From NCBI GenBank assembly GCA_951406725.2, contig OX597824.1, positions 80,910,001-80,974,000 on the forward strand: a stretch of 64,000 nucleotides of DNA. Direction: 5' to 3'. How positions within the stretch are numbered: the first letter of the stretch is position 1; the number at the start of each line of letters is the position of its first letter. Positions 58,202-64,000 of this stretch are shown in pieces. The translations under genes were made by a program, and so were the position numbers. The DNA comes from Octopus vulgaris. Taxonomy: Eukaryota. The notes beneath the pieces are model-generated. The model searched no databases. It was not told the DNA's origin and saw nothing but the letters and a program-made list of their open reading frames with translations.

Positions 58202-59075
58202 CCAATACTGCCACCATCACCAACTCTGACATCAGCACACCCCTACCACTACCAACAACCTCCTACAGCACCACCTCCACCACAACCACCAATACAACAT
58301 GAATTCCCTACTCGCACCACTACCAACATCATTACCATCAGCGCCAATCCTAAAATTCACCACCACTACAACCATCGCAACCACCACCATCACCACCATC
58401 AATAGTAACAACAACACTGCCATCGCCTCCATAACCACCACCACCACCACCACCACCACCACCGCCACCGCCGCCGCCGCCAACCAACGAGACTGTCATT
58501 TTCTCTACTACTATCACCACCAAAACTACCACTATCACCTTCACCACCATCACCACCACTACCACCACCACCGCCGCCGCCGCCTCCACCAACCAACGAA
58601 AATGTCATCGTTTCTATAACCACCACTACCAACATCAATAGCATCATCACCACTACTACCACCACCACCACCAAAACTACCACCGTCGCCGTCACCACAA
58701 CCATCACCACCACCACAACCACCGCTACCATCACCACCACTACCACCACCACCACCACCCACCACCAAAACTACCATCATCACCGTCACCATAACCACCA
58801 CAACCACCACTACCATCACCACCACTACCACCATCGCTGTCACCACAACCATCACCACCACCACCACAACCACCACTACCATCACCACCACCACTACCAC
58901 CACTACCAAAACTACCACTATCACCGTCACCACAACCCCCACCACCGCCGCCGCCACCACGATCATCGCTACCACAATCAACACCGCCAAAAACACCACC
59001 ACTACCAGCAGCCATAGCAACGCCACCGCTACGTCACCACAAAACAGCAACGCCAACAACAACAACAACAACCAC
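57757..59075. repeat. Degenerate (CAC/CAA/CTA)n tract with internal block duplications
   Basis: Direct reading. Confidence 0.9.
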
Positions 59076-59552
59076 CGTCCCTACCAGCAATTGCACGTGT
59101 TATCCAATTATAGGTCAACACTATCAGACGGGAACGGATCACGTGTTTGGCAAGTTTATATTTTGACTGGCTGGCCTGGCTTGACTGTCTCTCTGTCTGC
59201 CAGTCTGGCTGTCTGTCTGTCCGGCCGACCTTGCTGTCAGTGTGTCTGCTTGCCTGTCTGTCTTAATGTCTATTTGTCTGTCTGTCCGTCCGTCCGTCTG
59301 TCCGGCCTCGTTGTCTATGTCTGTCTGGCTGGCTTGCTGGTTTGTTGGCTTGCTGCCTTGTCTGTTTGGCAGGCCTAACCTGCCTTGTCTCTCTCTTTGT
59401 CACTCAGTTTATCTGACTGTCTGTATGTCTGCCTGTCTGTGTGCCTGCCTGCCTGTCTGCCTGCCTGCTGGCTGTCTGTCTGTCTGGCTGGCTGACTGAC
59501 TGACTAACCAGTCAAGCTAGCTTTACTAGTCGAGGTTAGCTTGACGGTAAGC

Positions 59553-60248
59553 GAGCTGGCAGAAACGTTAGCACGCCGGGCGAAGTGCTCAGCGGTATTT
59601 CGTCTGCCGTTACGTTGTGAGTTCAAATTCCGCCGAGGTCGACTTTGCCTTTCATCCTTTCGGGGTCGATAAATTAAGTACCAGTTACGCACTGGGGTCG
59701 ATGTAATCGACTTAATACCTATGTCTGTCCTTGTTTGTCCCCTCTGTGTTTAGCCCCTTGTGGGTAATAAAGAAATAGGTATTTCGTCTACCGTTGCGTT
59801 CTGAGTTCAAATTCTTTCGGGGTCGATAAATTAAGTACCAGTTACGCACTGGGGTCGATGTAATCGACTTAATACCTATGTCTGTCCTTGTTTGTCCACT
59901 CTGTGTTTAGCCCCTTGTGGGTAATAAAGAAATAGGTATTTCGTCTACCGTTGCGTTCTGAGTTCAAATTCTTTCGGGGTCGATAAATTAAGTACCAGTT
60001 ACGCACTGGGGTCGATGTAATTGACTTAATACCTATGTCTGTCCTTGTTTGTCCCCTCTGTGTTTGGCCCCTTGTGGGTAATAAAGAAATAGGTATTTCG
60101 TCTACCGTTGCGTTTTGAGTTCAAATTCTTTCGGAGTCGATAAATTAAGTACCAGTTACACACTGGGGTCGATGTAATCGACTTAATACCTATGTCTGTC
60201 CTTGTTCGTCCCCTCTGTGTTTAGCCCCTTGTGAGTAATAAAGAAATA
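59553..60248 (+). mobile_element. Family A SINE followed by three 157-bp tandem partial units
   Basis: Unit junctions at 59779, 59936, 60093 and 60250; possible TSD ggtaagc at 59546-59552 and 60249-60255. Confidence 0.92.
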
Positions 60249-60566
60249 GGTAAGCATTTATTTCCGTTGGTCTTTCTTTCTGTCTATTCAAGGGTAGATC
60301 GACGAGCAAAGCTGGCAAGAGCAGCATGGCTCATTGGTTAAGAAATTTCGCTTCGCATTTATGGGAGCGCGGGTTCGTTCCTACAACGTGGAGGCTTGGA
60401 CTATTATTATTACTTTTTATCTTTACTCTTGCTTCGAATCGATCCATTCTTCCTCAATAAAATTGGGTAGACGGAAACTGTGTGGAAGCCCATGGAATGG
60501 ATTGTATCTGTAATTCAAAGGCACATGCTTTGTTACAAACTGTGTCAGGCTGAATTAGCATAAGAA

Positions 60567-60765
60567 GGAGGCGCGTGGCTTAATGGTTAGGGGTGTTGGA
60601 CTCATGGTCGTGAAATCCTGGTTTCGATTCCTGGACCGGGTGACAGGATGTACGCTTGAGCAAAACACTTCATTTCACGTTGCTCCAGCCCACTCAGCTG
60701 GCAAGTCTGAGCAATCCTGCGACGAACCGGCTTCCTGTCTAGGAAACTAGGAAGCCGGCCCTTAT
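60567..60765 (+). mobile_element. Older tRNA-headed SINE with a tail-3-like end
   Basis: ggaggcgcgtggcttaatggttag..ggtttcgattcctggaccggg; cctgcgacgaaccggc..gaaactaggaagccggcccttatg. Confidence 0.75.
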
Positions 60766-61190
60766 GCATCTATCTATGCGTCTTATGGACGCCGGGAAAG
60801 TGGCTTTTATGCGTCTTATGAACACCGGGAAAGTGGCCCTTATGCGTCTATGCGTCTTATGGACACCGGGAAACCGGCCCTTATGTGTCTATGCGTCTTA
60901 TGGACCCCGGGAAACCGGCCCTTATGTGTCTATTCGTCTTATGGACACCGGGAAACCGGCCCTTATGCGTCTATGCGTCTTATGGACACCGGGAAACCGG
61001 CCCTTATGCGTCTATGCGTCGTATGGAAATTGAGTAAGCGGCCCTAATGCGTCTATGCGTTTCATGGAAACTGGGAAAGCGGCCCTTATGCGTCTATGCG
61101 TCTTATGGACACCGGGAAACCGGCCCTTATGCGTCTATGCGTCTTATGGAAACCGGGAAACCGGGAAATCGGCCCTTATGCGTCTATGAG
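60745..61190. repeat. 41-bp minisatellite, about 11 units
   Basis: Unit ggaaaccggcccttatgcgtctatgcgtcttatggacaccg; aaaccgg at 60871, 60912, 60953 and 60994. Confidence 0.93.
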
Positions 61191-61755
61191 ACTCGGGAAG
61201 GCGCTAACATCGAACATGTATATACGTATTTGGGGAACTCTCAACCATTTATATGCAAATTTAATGAGTCGGTAGTTCATCCGACTACTGAATACGCATC
61301 GTCGAAGCCGACGGAGATCCATTTACTCACCATCTAGTCACAATTATCTGTCTGTCTGTCTAGCTGGCTGGCCGTCAAAGCCTGTACCTGCAAATTTGTC
61401 TGTTTCTCTGGCTCTCACTGATTGGCTTGTCGGTTTGTATACGTGACAGTCTGTCTGTGTAACGGTGACCTCTTCACCTCGCATAATTATATGAACTAAG
61501 AGAGAAAACGGGGAAAGAGAAAGGGAGAGAGAGAGAGAAAAAGAGAAAGAGAAGAAAGGAGGAGGATGAGAAATAGAAGAAGGAGGAGGAGGAAAAGAAG
61601 ACGAAAGAAAAGAAGAAAAAGGATGAGGAGGAACAGAAGGAGAAGACAACATTGGTAGATATGGCACGTGTAAGTCTACGTATGTATGTATTTTGGCATG
61701 CCGAGAAAGAGAGAGAGAGAGAGAGAGAGACAGAAAGAGAGAGAGAGTTGAAGGA

Positions 61756-61795
<40 letters not shown>

Positions 61796-61847
61796 CATGA
61801 GAGAGGGGATGTGTATATAAGAGTACGTAATGGTAGTGGTAATAGTG

Positions 61848-61903
<56 letters not shown>

Positions 61904-62080
61904 GTCGTGCTTATTTCTGCGTATGTAAGTGTATATGTCTGCAATTGAGAGAGAGAGAGAGAGATGGAGTGGAAGAGAGAGATAGAGAGAGAGAGAGAGA
62001 GAAGGTGTGTATATAGTGGTACTTGCAGTCATGGGATACTAAATATGGTACGTTACGTTCATGCGCTTGTGTACGTACGT

Positions 62081-62126
<46 letters not shown>

Positions 62127-62879
62127 ACGTGCGTGTGCGTGTGTGTATACGTGTGTAGGTATGTGTATCTGCCTCGGTCGAAACTGAGAAGGTTAGTTAG
62201 AGAGAGAGAGAATGAGAAAAAGATATGTTTAATGTACAAAGTATATGGTTATGAACTATTAATAGTTTCATACACTGCAGATGTTGCCTAGGCAGGTTTT
62301 AATGACACGCCTAGTGTGTCCAAGCAATCGATTGGCTCTGAGCACATTCATATACACATACGTGCTTGCCTCTTCCAGTGGAAGCGTGAGAAGCGAGAGA
62401 GCAATATGTATTAAGCTTGTGCATGTATGCAAGCACAGATGCATGCCGTGCATGTGCGTATGTTTGTATGCATGCATGTATGTTTGCATGCATGATTGTA
62501 TACATGTATACATGTACACATGTGGGTATACATGCATGTGAGCATCTTTGCATATTTGTTTAAATGTATGCATCTTTGCACGTATGTATACATGTATCCA
62601 TGCATGTTTGTATGAATGTATGTATACATGTATGTATGTCTGCCTGCATGTATGCATGTATGTAAGCATGCTTGCATGTTTGTCTATATATATGCATGTT
62701 TGCATGTATGTATATATGCAAATATATACGAACGATTATATGTATATATGCAAATATATTAACAAATGTATATATCCAAATATATATATAACAAATGTAT
62801 ATATGCAAATATATATGAACAGATGTATGTATGCAATATATATATATAAACATATAAACAAATGTATGTACGCATGCCT

Positions 62880-63215
62880 TTCATACGCTTTGCGTAGCCG
62901 GCCCAACGCATCTGAGATGCTTGTGTATCCTACCTTTATAAGGATGCTCGGGCACCATGTCGAGTGCTTTGCTTCGTCGCCTGATATTGAATGTGTTCCA
63001 AGCATTTTTGATGAATGCGGTGGAGCACCTTGAGTTCACTATGAGCAGTATGTACTGCCCATTTTCAAAAACGTACAATGCAGCCGTTGGTATGCATGCA
63101 TTGGAAGCGCTCAACTTTGTCTTGGTGACGCTACGATTTGTCCACACTATCTTTGCCAGCGTCTCAAAGGTTACAGATTTTTTTTCGGTGCTATTTCTTG
63201 CAGTCTTCGAGGCCT
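62880..63215 (-). pseudogene. RTE-clade LINE ORF fragment (post-RT region)
   Basis: FETLAKIVWTNRSVTKTKLSASNACIPTAALYVFE /frameshift/ KVLHRIHQKCLEHI..QMRWAGYAKRM matches the RTE pattern TKLxVYxACVLxxLLYGxE..QLRWAGHVxRM. Confidence 0.8.
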
Positions 63216-64000
63216 CTCTCGTTTGTAGTAGTAATAATAATTGCTTACGTTGGGCTATTTCTTGCTTAACGTCTCTGATGAAAAGTGACCATCCCACGTT
63301 TTTAAGAGTACATAGGATTTCGTCAACTATTATCTCTTCTTTTCATATGATGAGGGATTTGAGCAAAATTTAACTGCTATTTCTTGCAGCTCGAGCGTCT
63401 GTGCAGAGGCTAGGAACTCGGAGAAGTTTAGCGTTGTGGAAGTGGTTTAAAGAACGAATGTAATTGTGGGTAGAGGTGAATGTGATAAAGCAGGCTAGAC
63501 ATAAGTGAACACAAGTAGAGCTAATTTTAAAGGATAAGAACAGAGATAATGTGATAATGTGCTGGGGGTGCGAAGAGAAGCGGGGGGTACTGTTAGATGG
63601 TGCAGGATCCGCATGGGTAAAGGGAGGAGGAGGAGGGAGTAGGTGCGGTCGTTGTTGCAGAAAAGAATGCGTGCTGATATGAGGTAGATAGAGGTAGTTG
63701 CGAAGATGGATAGGTGTGGACATGATGAGCTGGAAGTGCAGGAACTGAAGAAACTAAAAAGTTCAATGTGGAGATGGGTAGTGGTTGTGGTGGTGGTGGT
63801 GGTTGTGGTGGTGGTGGTGGTGGTGGTGGTTGTGGTGGTGGTAGTGGTGATGGTAGTAGTGGTGGTGGTGGTGGTGGTGGTGCTTTTGGTGGTGGTGGTA
63901 GTGGTGGGAGTGGGGGTGCTTTGGTGGTAGTTGTGGTGATGGTGGTGGTGGTGGAGGTGGTAGTGATGGGAGTGGGGGTGCTTTTGGTGGTGGTGGTGGT

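Noticed and set aside
60745-61190. CRISPR-like array
   Set aside because: Contiguous tandem units with no unique spacers; eukaryotic context; no cas genes
62881-63297. 138-aa ORF as a host gene
   Set aside because: It is a frameshifted RTE LINE fragment joined to degenerate repeat sequence

Overview
AT-rich, microsatellite-saturated animal DNA with no host protein-coding gene, rRNA, tRNA gene or CRISPR array that I can support. Nearly all supplied ORFs are artefacts of simple repeats. The tRNA-headed SINE families resemble, from memory, those of octopus genomes; this is an inference that needs a BLAST check. Contents: three abundant SINE families (called A, B and C here, several with clear target-site duplications), decayed LINE pieces (CR1/L2-like, RTE-like, R4/Dong-like), Tc1/mariner remnants and two non-autonomous Helitrons. 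The main signal is more than 15 type I hammerhead-ribozyme-like motifs (HHRs) in about 10 small repeat families, almost all with a palindromic helix III and mostly next to (TA)n tracts. They include a near-perfect 518-bp tandem dimer with two intact same-strand hammerheads (retrozyme-like), a 351/357-bp rod-folding monomer family, and fold-back or inverted Penelope-like arrangements. Core positions 3 and 8 covary across families (C-G, U-A, G-C). All structures were read by eye; none has been folded computationally or tested.
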